Positions 28,210-38,385 of a stretch of 64,000 nt of DNA are shown in pieces; position 1 is the first letter of the stretch; every line of letters begins with the position of its first letter. Origin of the DNA: Planctomycetia bacterium (GTDB taxonomy: Bacteria > Planctomycetota > Planctomycetia > Pirellulales > UBA1268). Where the stretch lies: positions 73,670 to 137,669 of the forward strand of contig BJHK01000011.1 of assembly GCA_014192425.1 (NCBI GenBank), written 5' to 3'. Under the pieces are notes generated by a model that made no database searches, was not told the DNA's origin, and saw nothing but the letters and a program-made list of their open reading frames with translations. The translations under genes and the position numbers were made by a program.

Positions 28210-29315
28210 CACGTTTGGCAATCGCCGAAGGGAATGAGTCGGTCGCAGATTCGCTCGAAGGACGCGGCGAAGGCGGCCGGTCCAAACCCGCCGGCCTTGG
28301 CTAGGCTTTCGGCCTCCGCCGCACCAAGTTGGCTGTGGGGAATTTGTGCCAGCCCGCGCAGGCCGTTGGCGAGAGCCTGTGCATCGCCTGGAGGCACGAC
28401 GACGCCATTCGCAGGCCCGACGAGGTCGCTGCACGACCCGACGGCCGTTGTCGTTAGCAGAAGACAGCCCGACGCGGCTCCCTCATGTAGCGCAAGCGGC
28501 CAATTGTCGTCACGGCTGGGCATCACAAAGATTCTGGCCTCGCCGACCGCCCGTGCGATGAGATCTGGTGGACTGAATTCCGAGTGCTTGATTCCAGGCT
28601 GCCCTGCGGCCAACGGGCTGAGCGGGCCGCTGCCGAACATCTGCAGTTGCCAGCCTGCACTCACCAATCCCGACCGCGCGAATGCCTTAATCAGCACGTC
28701 GACGCCCTTGCGTCGGATCATCTGTCCAACAAACATGATCGTCTGGCCACGGGCTGCCAAGGGGACCGCGGGTCGAAAGATCGCTGGATTGGAGCCATAG
28801 AGGCAGGGAAATATGCAATCGCGTGGAACACCGAACTCCTGGAGAACCTGCGCCGCAGATGCGCCGGGAACCCAGCCGCCACGAAACGTCCTTGCGTGCA
28901 GCGCGCGATAGACAAACTTTCCGCACAATTGCCGAAGATCGCCCCGCCATCGATTGTCGCTCATGATCACGACCGGTACATGGGCAGCCGCTGCTTCCTT
29001 TGCCAAGCGGCGGCAAAAGGAAAAGCCCCATCCTGTCACAATCGCCAGATCAGGGACGCCACCCGGAACATCGGACCAAGAGATCGACCGATCGGCGCGG
29101 TTCCACTGTACAAGGTCTGGCAAAACGCGATCTACGGGGGCCGTCGAGAAGCCGGGTTGAGTCGCTATGATGGAAATGTCGGCACGATTTGTATCGATGG
29201 CGCCGCGGAGCAGATGAGCACCATAGGCCGGAAGTCCATGCCACACGAACGTTACCCGTGGTCTTCTTGTCGCTGGTAGCGAATTGCTTGTCACGTCAGG
29301 GACTTGTCGATCCAT
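28209..29315 (-). CDS. Glycosyltransferase family 4
   Basis: IMFVGQMIRRKGVDVLIKAF and IFVMPSRDDNWPLALHEGAASGCLLLTT are present. Confidence 0.8.
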   Translation of the reverse strand: MDRQVPDVTSNSLPATRRPRVTFVWHGLPAYGAHLLRGAIDTNRADISIIATQPGFSTAPVDRVLPDLVQWNRADRSISWSDVPGGVPDLAIVTGWGFSFCRRLAKEAAAAHVPVVIMSDNRWRGDLRQLCGKFVYRALHARTFRGGWVPGASAAQVLQEFGVPRDCIFPCLYGSNPAIFRPAVPLAARGQTIMFVGQMIRRKGVDVLIKAFARSGLVSAGWQLQMFGSGPLSPLAAGQPGIKHSEFSPPDLIARAVGEARIFVMPSRDDNWPLALHEGAASGCLLLTTTAVGSCSDLVGPANGVVVPPGDAQALANGLRGLAQIPHSQLGAAEAESLAKAGGFGPAAFAASFERICDRLIPFGDCQT

Positions 29316-30403
29316 TTCATGTAGCGATCACAGCGACGTTCCCATGTATGCTCCTCAGGTGGAACAGCATGGCTTTCGAAGTCATCACACTCGCCCGCCT
29401 GCATCGCCCCGGCGAGCGCTGCAGCCAGGCTCTGCGGGCTACCCTGCCGGTAGTAGTGCCCCGTGTCCCCCAGTACCTCGACGTTTTCGCCGATGGCCGC
29501 AGTGACGATCGGCCGCCGCGTTGCCAAGTAGTAGTAGAGTTTGCTCGGGCAGCGAGCCCAGTCCGCCTCGGTATCGTGCATCGGTGAGATGAGCACGTCA
29601 GCCTCCGCCAGCGTGCGGATGTAGTCGGGCATCGGCAGATATCCGGCAAATGTCACGCGGTCGGAGAGCCCGGCATCACGCACCGCATCAATCAAGCCCT
29701 GCTTTTCAGGGCCCTTGCCCAGAAACAGAAACGTCCACGGGATTTCGTGACTAGCGAGCTGCGAAAGCGCGGCCACGATGTCGTAAACGCCGTAGGCCCG
29801 GTAGAACCCGCCCGCGAAGAGTATTGTTTTTTTTGCCTGCTTCGGGCGTCTAGCCTGACGTTCGCGGATTTCGGTGACAAACGCACTAGGTACTGCATAC
29901 GGCAGCCACAGCAGCGGCCGATGCGCTCCCTTCTCCAGGAGTCTCGCCCGGAAGAGAAACTCAAGATAGCGACTGGCAGCGATCGTGCCATCGGCTGTGA
30001 AGAGCGCCTGCCGCTCGGCCCACCGCCAAAACGCCCTCTTATGCCAAGGCATTGAGGAGAGCGCGGACAGCCGTTCCACGTGGTCCACGATCCAGAAGGC
30101 CCCGCGACGCGTCTGTCGCGGCACGAATGTGCGCGGATCGAGGCCGCAACTGTGGATTACGTCGAAACCCCGGCCCTCGATCAGTGCGGCTTTGGACCGA
30201 ATGTCGCCTCGGGTGGACGATCGCGAGACATACTGGCATTCCACGTTTGGCAGGGTCCCGAGCAACTTTCTGTTGTCTGGATGGTCTTCGGCGACCACCG
30301 TGACGGCGTGCCCCAAGTTGGCCAGAACGGGGGCCATTCCGACCGCGCGCATCATCGTGTGATGCTGGGTTGCTACGTGCGCGGTCACAAAACAGATTCG
30401 CAT
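29291..30403 (-). CDS. Glycosyltransferase family 4
   Basis: MRICFVTAHVATQHHTMMRAVGMAPVLANLGHAVTVV, ILFAGGFYRAYGVYDIV and VLISPMHDTEADWARCPSKLYYYLATRRPIVT are present. Confidence 0.75.
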   Translation of the reverse strand: MRICFVTAHVATQHHTMMRAVGMAPVLANLGHAVTVVAEDHPDNRKLLGTLPNVECQYVSRSSTRGDIRSKAALIEGRGFDVIHSCGLDPRTFVPRQTRRGAFWIVDHVERLSALSSMPWHKRAFWRWAERQALFTADGTIAASRYLEFLFRARLLEKGAHRPLLWLPYAVPSAFVTEIRERQARRPKQAKKTILFAGGFYRAYGVYDIVAALSQLASHEIPWTFLFLGKGPEKQGLIDAVRDAGLSDRVTFAGYLPMPDYIRTLAEADVLISPMHDTEADWARCPSKLYYYLATRRPIVTAAIGENVEVLGDTGHYYRQGSPQSLAAALAGAMQAGECDDFESHAVPPEEHTWERRCDRYMKWIDKSLT

Positions 30404-30420
30404 GGCAGTGCGCTAAGCCG

Positions 30421-31845
30421 TCACGTCACAGGCCGCATCGGATAATCGGCATCAGTGGAAGAATGCTCTAGCATAGGGTGACGCGTGCGGCGTGATCCGA
30501 TAAGTTGCCGTCTGTGGGCGGCCCGATATGCATACGCAAGCAGGAAGAAGGCCCAGCCTGCGGCTGTGGGAATCCGATGCGTCTGAGGCGAAGCCACAAG
30601 ATTCCAAAGAGTGAGCCAGTACAACACCGCAAACAACGCGGTGTAACGGGGCAAAAGGGCCGGCACGAAAGTGATCGACCACAGCACGAGTGCGGTCATG
30701 TATGCGAAGAACGCGAAGGCGAGAACGCCGTGTTCCACCAGGGAACCGAACAGCTGCGAATGAACGGGCAGCAGAGTTCGCACTTTTTGTCCGCGCACAA
30801 TGAGCCGGGTTTCCTTGCCCGACCGGCCGACCATTTCCGAAGCCCGGGAGTAGTAGCCCTCCGTGTCTTCGGGCCACGATCCCTGGCCCAGAAAAGGCTT
30901 GTCCTGCCATGCGAGAAGGCCGGTGAGAATGTATACGCCTCGAGAGCTCACGAAAATGCCTCCTGTCGCCTGCTTCTCCTTTTCATATTTGCTTGTGTGC
31001 GCTTTCGACAGCAGGTGATTTTCCGCCGCGTATTCGTACCCGTACTTTAATGCCAACAACCCTGCGACGGCGACCAGACCTATGATAAAAAGCCGGCCGA
31101 AGCCTATTTTGTTGTGACGACTACGCTGCGGCTGCAGCATGCGAAAGGCCAAGGTTGTAACGCCTGCGAGGAACATCACGCCCCCTGAACTCCGCGATCC
31201 CAGCAGAATGTACGTTGGGCCTAGCGCGAACAATCCTGCTATCACCGGCCTCGGATGTCGCTCGTAGAGGCACGCCGCAGCGGCGAGAGTCACTGCCGTT
31301 AGGATGTAGTTGATCGAGGTGTCGAACTTCAGCATATCGTCCATGGTCGCACCGAAAGTCTCGGCCTGACCTGGACGGAAAACAAAGAGGCTGATGAACA
31401 TGGAGAAGGGCAGGCCAATGAAGATCCATTCCAATCGTTTCAACGAGGGATAACAAATGATGAAGATCGACAAGACGCCGATGCCCGTGAGCACGGACCG
31501 AGCGACTCCCCGAGCGAGCAGTTCGAACATAACGTTGTTCCAGAGGTCACTGCTGATCGCTGCGACCATCCATCCGATCCAGAGCAGCGAGAAGATGCCG
31601 GCTGCACCGGTCGTGATCAGCGGCAGGTAGCGGCCGAATCGCCACAATGCGGTGGCGAGAAGGTATACCTCAGTGAAGGCCAGGTAGCCGATCAGCCTGA
31701 TGAAAGTCATGCCGCCGAGGCCGAGCAGAAAACACCATCGCGAGGAGACTCGAGCCGGTGCGGCACTGGACGCGGCCGAGCGGAGCGGATGACGGCTGAT
31801 TAGCGCGTTTGAGCAGATGGGGTCGATCGCGGTGGCAGACATTAG
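30421..31845 (-). CDS. Wzy-like polysaccharide polymerase / O-antigen-ligase-like membrane protein
   Basis: About 11 hydrophobic helices plus one large loop (SKYEKEKQATGGIFVSSRGVY...LGQGSWPEDTEGYY). There are no soluble-enzyme motifs. The start is placed at MSATAIDP (31845), with ATGA overlap to the upstream GT. The assignment rests on topology and context only. Confidence 0.55.
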   Translation of the reverse strand, partial: LMSATAIDPICSNALISRHPLRSAASSAAPARVSSRWCFLLGLGGMTFIRLIGYLAFTEVYLLATALWRFGRYLPLITTGAAGIFSLLWIGWMVAAISSDLWNNVMFELLARGVARSVLTGIGVLSIFIICYPSLKRLEWIFIGLPFSMFISLFVFRPGQAETFGATMDDMLKFDTSINYILTAVTLAAAACLYERHPRPVIAGLFALGPTYILLGSRSSGGVMFLAGVTTLAFRMLQPQRSRHNKIGFGRLFIIGLVAVAGLLALKYGYEYAAENHLLSKAHTSKYEKEKQATGGIFVSSRGVYILTGLLAWQDKPFLGQGSWPEDTEGYYSRASEMVGRSGKETRLIVRGQKVRTLLPVHSQLFGSLVEHGVLAFAFFAYMTALVLWSITFVPALLPRYTALFAVLYWLTLWNLVASPQTHRIPTAAGWAFFLLAYAYRAAHRRQLIGSRRTRHPMLEHSSTDADYPMRPVT

Positions 31846-33095
31846 TTTGCCTCGGGGCCGTGCATGACCTGATCGTACAGTCGCTGATGTTGCGCTGCTA
31901 CGGCGCGGATGTCGAATGCGTCGCATGCATGCCGGCGGGCCTCGTCTCGTCGTTTGTGATGGCCCGCGGTGTCGAGGATCGCCGGACCGAGGAGTGACAC
32001 AAGGGCGGCGACGTCGAACGGCGGTGCAAGCGATTCAGCGGGGATGGCGACAAGATCACGCAGGCCGCCCACGTCGAAGCCAAACACCGGCGTGCCACAG
32101 GCCGCCGCTTCGATCGCGACGTTGGGGAGATTGTCCTGCCGCGAGGTGACAAGTACGGCGTCGAGAGCCGGATACGCAAGGGCAAGTTGTTCCGACGAGA
32201 GACGCCCCAGGAAGAGGAGCGAGTCGGCAACGAAGAGATTTTCCATGGGGGCCGCGCCGCCGATCGCCACGGCAAGAACCCGCCGGCCGCGGATGTGGTC
32301 GCGCATCGCGGCCACCACGGCGGCAGTGAGATCGATGCCTTTGCGAGGGTCGTCCACCTCGTGGGATACGAAACCGATCAGAATCGCGTCAAGAGGCAGT
32401 CCGATGGCCCGCCGTGCCTCCTCTTTGGCACGGGGCACAAACTGCTCGACGTCGATGCCGTAGGGAATCCGGGCAATGCTTGCCTTGCCCAGCAGTGAAC
32501 TCGCCCGGGCCGCCTCCTCGATCCACCGACTCGGCGCTATGAAGGTGATGGGCTTCTTGGGATACGCCCAACGCTTGAGCCCGTAGCCGACGGAGCTTGC
32601 GTCATGAGCGTGGGGAAAGCGCACCTTGGGACAGTTTCCACACGCCGACGACCACCGTCCGCAGCCGCCGTCGAACGTGCAGCCGCCGGTGAAAAACCAC
32701 ATGTCGTGCAACGTGGCCACGAGCGGGCTGCCGAAACGACGAAGGCCGGCGAGCGACACTGTGGCGCCGTGAGGCTGATGGATGTGTACGACGTCGGGAT
32801 TGAGCGCCGCCACCGTCTCATGGATCGTCGTGGGCAGCCACGAGAGCGACAGATACGGCTTGCCGGACAGAAGCCATGCGGGAATCGAGTCGAGCCGGCG
32901 GCGTATGACTGCATGGCCGCGTCCATGGGCAACGACGGTTTCCGGACGGGAGTGCGCGGCGGACGCGTGGGCGCAGCCGGCCTGCATGCACACCCACGAC
33001 GATGCGCCCTGCCGCAGCAGTTCGTCATGCAGCCGCAGCGCGGCATGGTTCAGCCCGCCGGGGCAGTCGTTCGAAAGGACGTGAACGACGCGCAT
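31842..33095 (-). CDS. Glycosyltransferase family 4
   Basis: MRVVHVLSNDCPGGLNHAALRLHDELLRQG, LIGFVSHEVDDPRKGIDL and AVLVTSRQDNLPNVAIEAAACGTPVFGF are present. Confidence 0.8.
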   Translation of the reverse strand: MRVVHVLSNDCPGGLNHAALRLHDELLRQGASSWVCMQAGCAHASAAHSRPETVVAHGRGHAVIRRRLDSIPAWLLSGKPYLSLSWLPTTIHETVAALNPDVVHIHQPHGATVSLAGLRRFGSPLVATLHDMWFFTGGCTFDGGCGRWSSACGNCPKVRFPHAHDASSVGYGLKRWAYPKKPITFIAPSRWIEEAARASSLLGKASIARIPYGIDVEQFVPRAKEEARRAIGLPLDAILIGFVSHEVDDPRKGIDLTAAVVAAMRDHIRGRRVLAVAIGGAAPMENLFVADSLLFLGRLSSEQLALAYPALDAVLVTSRQDNLPNVAIEAAACGTPVFGFDVGGLRDLVAIPAESLAPPFDVAALVSLLGPAILDTAGHHKRRDEARRHACDAFDIRAVAAQHQRLYDQVMHGPEAN

Positions 33096-33103
33096 GGAAT
33101 CGA

Positions 33104-34525
33104 TCAGGTGACTTTAACGGGCCGAGTGAGGGTGAATGCCAGCCACAGCAGCGGCACCAACTGCAGCAGGATGAACACGCTCACCGTCGCCGCGATCATC
33201 CCAGTGGATCCGAACCATGCCAGGCCAAGGAATTTCGCGGGCAAGACGCAAAGCATGAACAGCAGCCCCATGGTGAGCTGGAACCGAAGCTGGCCGAACC
33301 CATTCAGGTACATGACGACGGGGTACGACACGATGGTGACCATTGCCCACACGCCGAATGCGAGCAATAGAGACGGCGGTACGGTCACTTCTTCACCCAC
33401 CCACCAAGCAAGCAGAGGCTTGCCTGAGACGGCGGCAGGAACGATGAGGAGCATCGCCACGCCAGCGGTCGCAAGCAGCGACCGCACCAGCGTCCGGCGC
33501 GACCACTCGACGTCTCCCCTCGCCCGGGCATCCGCATAGGCCGGCCAAAGCGGACCCAGGAACACCAAGATGACTGCACTTGCGATGTTGAAAAACCGTA
33601 GCGGGATTGCCATCTCGGCCACGGCGCGGGAGCCCCCCGGGGCTTTGTAGAAAGTTTCCCAGAGGCCGATCAACAGAGGGTCCGACTGCAGCGTGATCAA
33701 GCCGATAAATCCGAGGAGCATGAACTGCCAGCCGTCGGCAAGCAGGTGCCGCATCTCTTCCGAGGAAAATGCCGCTAGGCGCGGTATGGCCCAACCGCCG
33801 TAGCGCGCGCGAGCGACGACGGCATTGATCGCCATGCCCAAGAGCGCCCCTGCAGCCCATCCGGCGGCCACGATTGGAAGGCTGGCCCTGAGCCAGCAGG
33901 CGACGCCCACGAGCGCCAGGCTGATGGTGGAGCCGGCGACCTGGCAGCCGGCGCTGATCCAGCCGTCTTGATACGCCGTCGTGACGCGATCGAAGAGCCC
34001 GGCGGCGAGATTCAGAGCGGCATACACGATGAACACCGCGGCACACGCCGTGATCGCCCAGTCGTTTGGGCGGCCATTGGGCCGGGCCAGCCCGCCCAGG
34101 GAGTCGTCGACGCTGACCCAAGCGGCGGCGACGGCGATCACCACGGCCCCCGCAGCGACCATCATGAAAAATGCAGTGGAGAGGATTTGCGAAAGCCGCC
34201 GCTCATCTCCTGCCGCCCGTGCCGTCGAGACGCGGTTCATAAGGCTCAGGGGCACGCCGAGCGCGAACACCCCGAGCACCCCCGCCAGATTCTGCCACAT
34301 GGCCCATGTGCCAAACTGCTCGACGCCCATGAATCGCACGAGAACGGCCGTCGTCGCCATCGACAGCAGCATGTTGAGTGGCCGCACAAGCACCGCCCCG
34401 ATGGCAGTGCGGGCGGCGGCTCGTCCACGCTCGGAAGAGAACACGCGGCGTGGAGCGTTGCCCAGGCGGCGCAACTGCCCAAGCACCACGGTTGCCAGGC
34501 TGCCCATGAAGGATGCCGACGTCAT
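33104..34525 (-). CDS. Wzx-type oligosaccharide flippase (MOP superfamily)
   Basis: About 12-14 TM helices. The N-terminus is typical of polysaccharide-biosynthesis flippases (LNMLLSMATTAVLVRFMGVEQFGTWAMWQNL). The start is placed at MTSASFMG (34525); the track ORF starts at 34594. Confidence 0.7.
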   Translation of the reverse strand: MTSASFMGSLATVVLGQLRRLGNAPRRVFSSERGRAAARTAIGAVLVRPLNMLLSMATTAVLVRFMGVEQFGTWAMWQNLAGVLGVFALGVPLSLMNRVSTARAAGDERRLSQILSTAFFMMVAAGAVVIAVAAAWVSVDDSLGGLARPNGRPNDWAITACAAVFIVYAALNLAAGLFDRVTTAYQDGWISAGCQVAGSTISLALVGVACWLRASLPIVAAGWAAGALLGMAINAVVARARYGGWAIPRLAAFSSEEMRHLLADGWQFMLLGFIGLITLQSDPLLIGLWETFYKAPGGSRAVAEMAIPLRFFNIASAVILVFLGPLWPAYADARARGDVEWSRRTLVRSLLATAGVAMLLIVPAAVSGKPLLAWWVGEEVTVPPSLLLAFGVWAMVTIVSYPVVMYLNGFGQLRFQLTMGLLFMLCVLPAKFLGLAWFGSTGMIAATVSVFILLQLVPLLWLAFTLTRPVKVT

Positions 34526-34535
34526 CGGGCGCCGA

Positions 34536-35375
34536 TTAGGCAACGGCCTCGATGAATAGCGAATCAGGCTTGCGGACGCGGCCGTTCTCGGCATCGAGAT
34601 TGAAGGCTGCGAAGCCGGGGAGGCGGCTCTCCGTAGCGGTCATCCGCTTGGGCGAGTGAAACCCAGCCGCCACCAGGCGGCGGGAAAGCCGGACTTCGTC
34701 GTACATCACTCGGTGAACCTCACCCGATGCACGAAAAAAACCTTCGCGCACGGCCCGGGCTCCGTGTTTTCCGAGCAAGACTCTGGCCGCGATTTCGACG
34801 CTGCGCTCTCGCAGCATCGTCCACGCCCGTCGCCAGCCGCGCGGGCTGAAAAACGCAGCCAACCGGTCAGCCTTCGCTCCACGGCGGGCTACCGTAGACC
34901 GGAATTCGTCTCCAGCGCGGCCTTCAACGAAGCCGGCCTCCTCAGACGGACAGCCGAGCCACGTGGTGTAGAGATCTCCGCCGGGAACCGTGCGGGTGGC
35001 TTGGTCGAACAGCTCCAGATAAGTGTATTCCAACGAAAAGTCATTGCGATTGTCACCGTCTAATACCCGAGCTTGTAAGTCTGCAAACGCGCGGCAGAGG
35101 TGGCCAAGATCGGGAACGGCGACGCGGATAACACCCTGAGGCTTGAGCACGCGGTGTTGCTCCCGAAGAAGCCCGGCGGCATCACCGGGGCCGAGATGCT
35201 CAAGAAGGTGCGACGAGTAGCACATATCGACACTGCCGTCTGACAGCGGAAGCGGCTGACGGACATCGACCGGCCGCACTCCAGGAAAGAAGGGATGCAG
35301 GTCGAAGTTGATCCACTGTGGATGAGCGATCTGTCCACAGCCCAAGTTTACGAGAACGAGTTCATGCATGCGCAA
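34536..35375 (-). CDS. Class I SAM-dependent methyltransferase
   Basis: LVNLGCGQ (motif I), MCYSSHLLEHL and LKPQGVIRVAVPDL are present. Confidence 0.75.
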   Translation of the reverse strand: MRMHELVLVNLGCGQIAHPQWINFDLHPFFPGVRPVDVRQPLPLSDGSVDMCYSSHLLEHLGPGDAAGLLREQHRVLKPQGVIRVAVPDLGHLCRAFADLQARVLDGDNRNDFSLEYTYLELFDQATRTVPGGDLYTTWLGCPSEEAGFVEGRAGDEFRSTVARRGAKADRLAAFFSPRGWRRAWTMLRERSVEIAARVLLGKHGARAVREGFFRASGEVHRVMYDEVRLSRRLVAAGFHSPKRMTATESRLPGFAAFNLDAENGRVRKPDSLFIEAVA

Positions 35376-35397
35376 GGACTTGCTCTTGGCTTACGGA

Positions 35398-36267
35398 TCA
35401 GCCCTTGCGGATCACAAAGAAAAGGTGAGGCTGGTCGAGCTCCCCAGCTACGATTCGCTCGGAGTGCCAGCGGGATAGCGACTCCAAATTGACCGGCACG
35501 GAACTTACAAAATACGGCAGAGACCCTGCAGCCGAGCCTATCCATTTCTCGCAGATTAACTGGGGATGAACTTCGCCCCACGATTGTTGCCAACCCCGCT
35601 TGTCGGTTTTCCGAAAGTGCATCGAGCCATTCGGAGTGAGCGACACGAAAAACCCACCAGGACGTAGCATGCGGAGGCCTTCCGCAAGCATGGCGCGCGG
35701 GCAGGGGACGTGTTCGATGACGTGGGACGAGTAAACGAAATCAAAGGATTCCGCAGCGACGTTTGCAGGCTCCATGATTTGTACGCCTAGTTTTCGTGCT
35801 GCAAACTGACTACGGGGCATTGAAATCTCGTAGGCCCGTACGTCGAAGCCGGCCTGCTGAAATTGCCACGCGCCGTAGCCCCACGAGCATCCATAGTCGA
35901 AAATCTTCGTCGAATCGCGACCGCCAAGGGCCCTAATTATCTCGATGGAATCGAACCGATCGAGATCGGTTCCAGCAAACCGAGATGCCGTCATGCGCTG
36001 CAGTTGATCATCGTCGGGCAACTCTGTCGTGGTTCCTTGCTCATACGCACTCTGGTAGTACTGTGCATTCTCCGCGCTATCGGTGGTTGGCGTGCGGAAT
36101 AAAAGAAAGCATTCTCGACACCTTTTCAGAGCCGAAACAACATGTTTCCGCGAGACGACCGATGAATCCACGGCTCCGCAATTTGGGCAGGTGTTTCTTG
36201 CATGCACGCAGCAATGCGCGAGGCACCATAGAAGGTAGCGGACCTTGGAGCTTGAAAACATTGGCAA
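35398..36267 (-). CDS. Class I SAM-dependent methyltransferase with N-terminal zinc ribbon
   Basis: CPNCG...CRECF (a four-Cys ribbon) is followed by IFDYGCSWGYG (motif I), FDFVYSSHVIEHVPCP and LRPGGFFV. Confidence 0.75.
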   Translation of the reverse strand: MPMFSSSKVRYLLWCLAHCCVHARNTCPNCGAVDSSVVSRKHVVSALKRCRECFLLFRTPTTDSAENAQYYQSAYEQGTTTELPDDDQLQRMTASRFAGTDLDRFDSIEIIRALGGRDSTKIFDYGCSWGYGAWQFQQAGFDVRAYEISMPRSQFAARKLGVQIMEPANVAAESFDFVYSSHVIEHVPCPRAMLAEGLRMLRPGGFFVSLTPNGSMHFRKTDKRGWQQSWGEVHPQLICEKWIGSAAGSLPYFVSSVPVNLESLSRWHSERIVAGELDQPHLFFVIRKG

Positions 36268-36268
36268 A

Positions 36269-37090
36269 CTATGTCTCGCTCAGTTTGGGCAGGTCGTCCC
36301 GACGTACAAACAGGATGTCTTGCTCGAGCGGGTGGTTGCCGAAAAGCGTACCTGCCGAGGGGAACATGACCGGATAAAGGCCGAATGACTCCATTGCACT
36401 GCAGACGGATGAAAACGTCGGTGCTTTCCCCTTGAAAACCTCGCCAAGGCTTGCTTCGACAATCGCGAGAGAAACATGTGGAAGGGTCTTGCGCGATCCC
36501 TCCAATACCTCGAGTTCGTGGCCTTGCGCATCGATCTTTAGGACGACGGTCCGGCCCTCCAGGCGGCGATCATGGTCATCGAGACGCTCCAAACGAATGT
36601 CGAGCGATCGCGCAGTGCCATGTTTCGCGGAGTTTGCAACCACGTCGGCGTAATCGTGGAGCGATGCCATGGCGTCGTGTTGCGGCTCAACCATTTTTGC
36701 TTGCCCGTTGTTGGACGATGCCGCCGCCGGGATGATCTTCACACGGTTTCGGTCGGGAAAACGCCGCTGCAGCGATTCAACCAGTTGTGGCAACGGCTCC
36801 CAAAGCTCCGCCGTGCTGTTGGGGAAACTCTGCAAAAACCGGCTCGCCCATTGCCCGTCGTTGGCGCCGACATCGATGAGATGAATCGAGGCGGTCGGCG
36901 GGGTAAATCGTGCGACACGAATGGGGATTTCCGCTCGCTCCGGTCGCCGAAAGACGTCGGTCCAGCCGATTTCCGCAGGCTCCATTGATCGTGTGCGCAG
37001 GTAGTCTAGTTCCTGAAGGAGTAGACCCCGAATTCGACAGGCGGTGCCGATGCGCAACAAAACGCGAGACACAAGTTCGCTCATGGTCAT
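36269..37090 (-). CDS. FkbM-family methyltransferase
   Basis: HLIDVGANDGQW and VLKIDAQGHELEVLEGS are FkbM hallmarks. The start is uncertain. I chose MTMSELV at 37090; the track ORF starts at 37162 and would overlap the upstream gene by 44 nt. Confidence 0.75.
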   Translation of the reverse strand: MTMSELVSRVLLRIGTACRIRGLLLQELDYLRTRSMEPAEIGWTDVFRRPERAEIPIRVARFTPPTASIHLIDVGANDGQWASRFLQSFPNSTAELWEPLPQLVESLQRRFPDRNRVKIIPAAASSNNGQAKMVEPQHDAMASLHDYADVVANSAKHGTARSLDIRLERLDDHDRRLEGRTVVLKIDAQGHELEVLEGSRKTLPHVSLAIVEASLGEVFKGKAPTFSSVCSAMESFGLYPVMFPSAGTLFGNHPLEQDILFVRRDDLPKLSET

Positions 37091-37118
37091 GGTTTTCGTG
37101 CCGGCGACCAGCCGTCCG

Positions 37119-37784
37119 TCAGGGTTGGCATTCGTAGCGTGGAACAACGCGGCCAGGTACACCGAATGTCAGGGAGTCTGCAGGCGCATCGGCTAACAGA
37201 CAAGAGTTGCTACTCACCTTGCTTCTCGGCCCCACCGTACTCCCGGGTCCGATGGCGGCGTGCAAGCCCAGGAATACGTCGGTTTCCACCGTCGCATTAC
37301 CGCCGAGCGTGGCGTACGGCGACAGCACGGCATAGTCGCCAGCCGTGGCGTCGTGGCCAAGCGACGAGTGATAATTCATGATCACGAACCGACCGAGCCG
37401 GCAGGCATCACTGACGATGGCGTAAGGGCAGAGGATCGACCCCGCGCCGATCTCCGCCGTCGGGGCCACGATCGCGGTCGGGTGGATGAGCGAAAGAAAC
37501 TCGGCTCCGCGGGCAAGAAGCGATTCTGCGACCTGTCGCCGTACGCCCGGAATCCCGATCGCCAGCAGGCAGGCGTCGCCCGGCTCGAGCTCGAAGGTCT
37601 CTGGATCGCCGATGATGGCCAGCGGTGTTGCGTGCCCATTGAGCCGGCCGGAATCGGCGGACAGGAAACCGGCGATTCGCTTCGCATCGCTCGGCCAGGC
37701 CGCCGTGGCCCAGTGCAAAACCTCCCGGCCGAACCCGCCCGCACCGATGATCAGAATCCGACGAAAATCAGCTGGCGAACGCAT
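37119..37784 (-). CDS. PglD/NeuD-family sugar N-/O-acyltransferase (left-handed beta-helix)
   Basis: Start placed at MRSPADFRRILIIGAGGFGREVL (N-terminal Rossmann-like domain). The C-terminus has hexapeptide repeats (IGAGSILCPYAIVSDACRLGRFVIMNYHSSLGHDATAGDYAVLSPYATLGG...). The 109-aa upstream extension in the track ORF has no support. Confidence 0.8.
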   Translation of the reverse strand: MRSPADFRRILIIGAGGFGREVLHWATAAWPSDAKRIAGFLSADSGRLNGHATPLAIIGDPETFELEPGDACLLAIGIPGVRRQVAESLLARGAEFLSLIHPTAIVAPTAEIGAGSILCPYAIVSDACRLGRFVIMNYHSSLGHDATAGDYAVLSPYATLGGNATVETDVFLGLHAAIGPGSTVGPRSKVSSNSCLLADAPADSLTFGVPGRVVPRYECQP

Positions 37785-38145
37785 GGCTTGGACGGGCGAC
37801 TGGGGATCGACTCGCTCGCTTACGTGCCCGGAATGACTCGCCGCACATGTTGCCGAGGCATCCGTCATGTCCCTCAAAAGAGGGTGTTTTCGGCGAGGCA
37901 CTCCGTTCCCGTCGGTGCCACACAGCCTTGCGAAATGGTCAGGATCAACCGCCCTCCGGCAAATATAGCCGATTCCAGGTGGCTCCGCAGCGATTTCACG
38001 GGGATTTGTGGAAGCGCGGGATTCACGAATTTGCCGCGGTTTTGTCGGGAACGCGAGGGTGAACGCCGGGCCCTGCGTGCCGGTTGTGCTGAGATGTGAA
38101 CACGCGTACACTTAACGGCGTCGCTGTTTTGCGGGGCCGAATTCC

Positions 38146-38385
38146 GTGCCTGAACCCTTCGAAATCATCGGAACTATTCGGGAGGTCGTCATCATCGCGG
38201 TCGGCAACCGAATTCGCTGCATGCCGCTCCTGGTCAAGTTGCACGGGCCAGGGCGGTGGCGGAAAATGAAGGGCATCGCACTTGTGAGGCTGCCGAGCGG
38301 ACGAGTGCGGATCGCGGAAGTGCATTGGTACGAGGCGCACGGAATCGGCCGCGTTGAAATCAAGCGGAAAAGGTATCTGCAATGA
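38146..38385 (+). CDS. Small basic protein of unknown function (HWYEAHGIG motif)
   Basis: 79 aa: ...GTIREVVIIAVGNRIRCMPLLVKLHGPGRWRKMKGIALVRLPSGRVRIAEVHWYEAHGIGRVEIKRKRY. I remember similar small ORFs (GxGRWRKxKG...AExHWYEAHGIG) from cyanobacterial and planctomycete genomes, but cannot name a family. ATGA overlap with the next ORF. Confidence 0.5.
   Translation: MPEPFEIIGTIREVVIIAVGNRIRCMPLLVKLHGPGRWRKMKGIALVRLPSGRVRIAEVHWYEAHGIGRVEIKRKRYLQ

Noticed and set aside
22828-28434. Long N-terminal extensions of several GT/MT ORFs in the track (e.g. 24101-25642, 25324-26295, 26920-28434, 22828-24273)
   Set aside because: The extensions are Arg/Pro-rich, overlap the upstream gene, and precede the conserved GT-B or Rossmann N-termini by 50-100 residues. 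Internal ATG/GTG starts that give 1-4-nt overlaps with the upstream stop fit much better.
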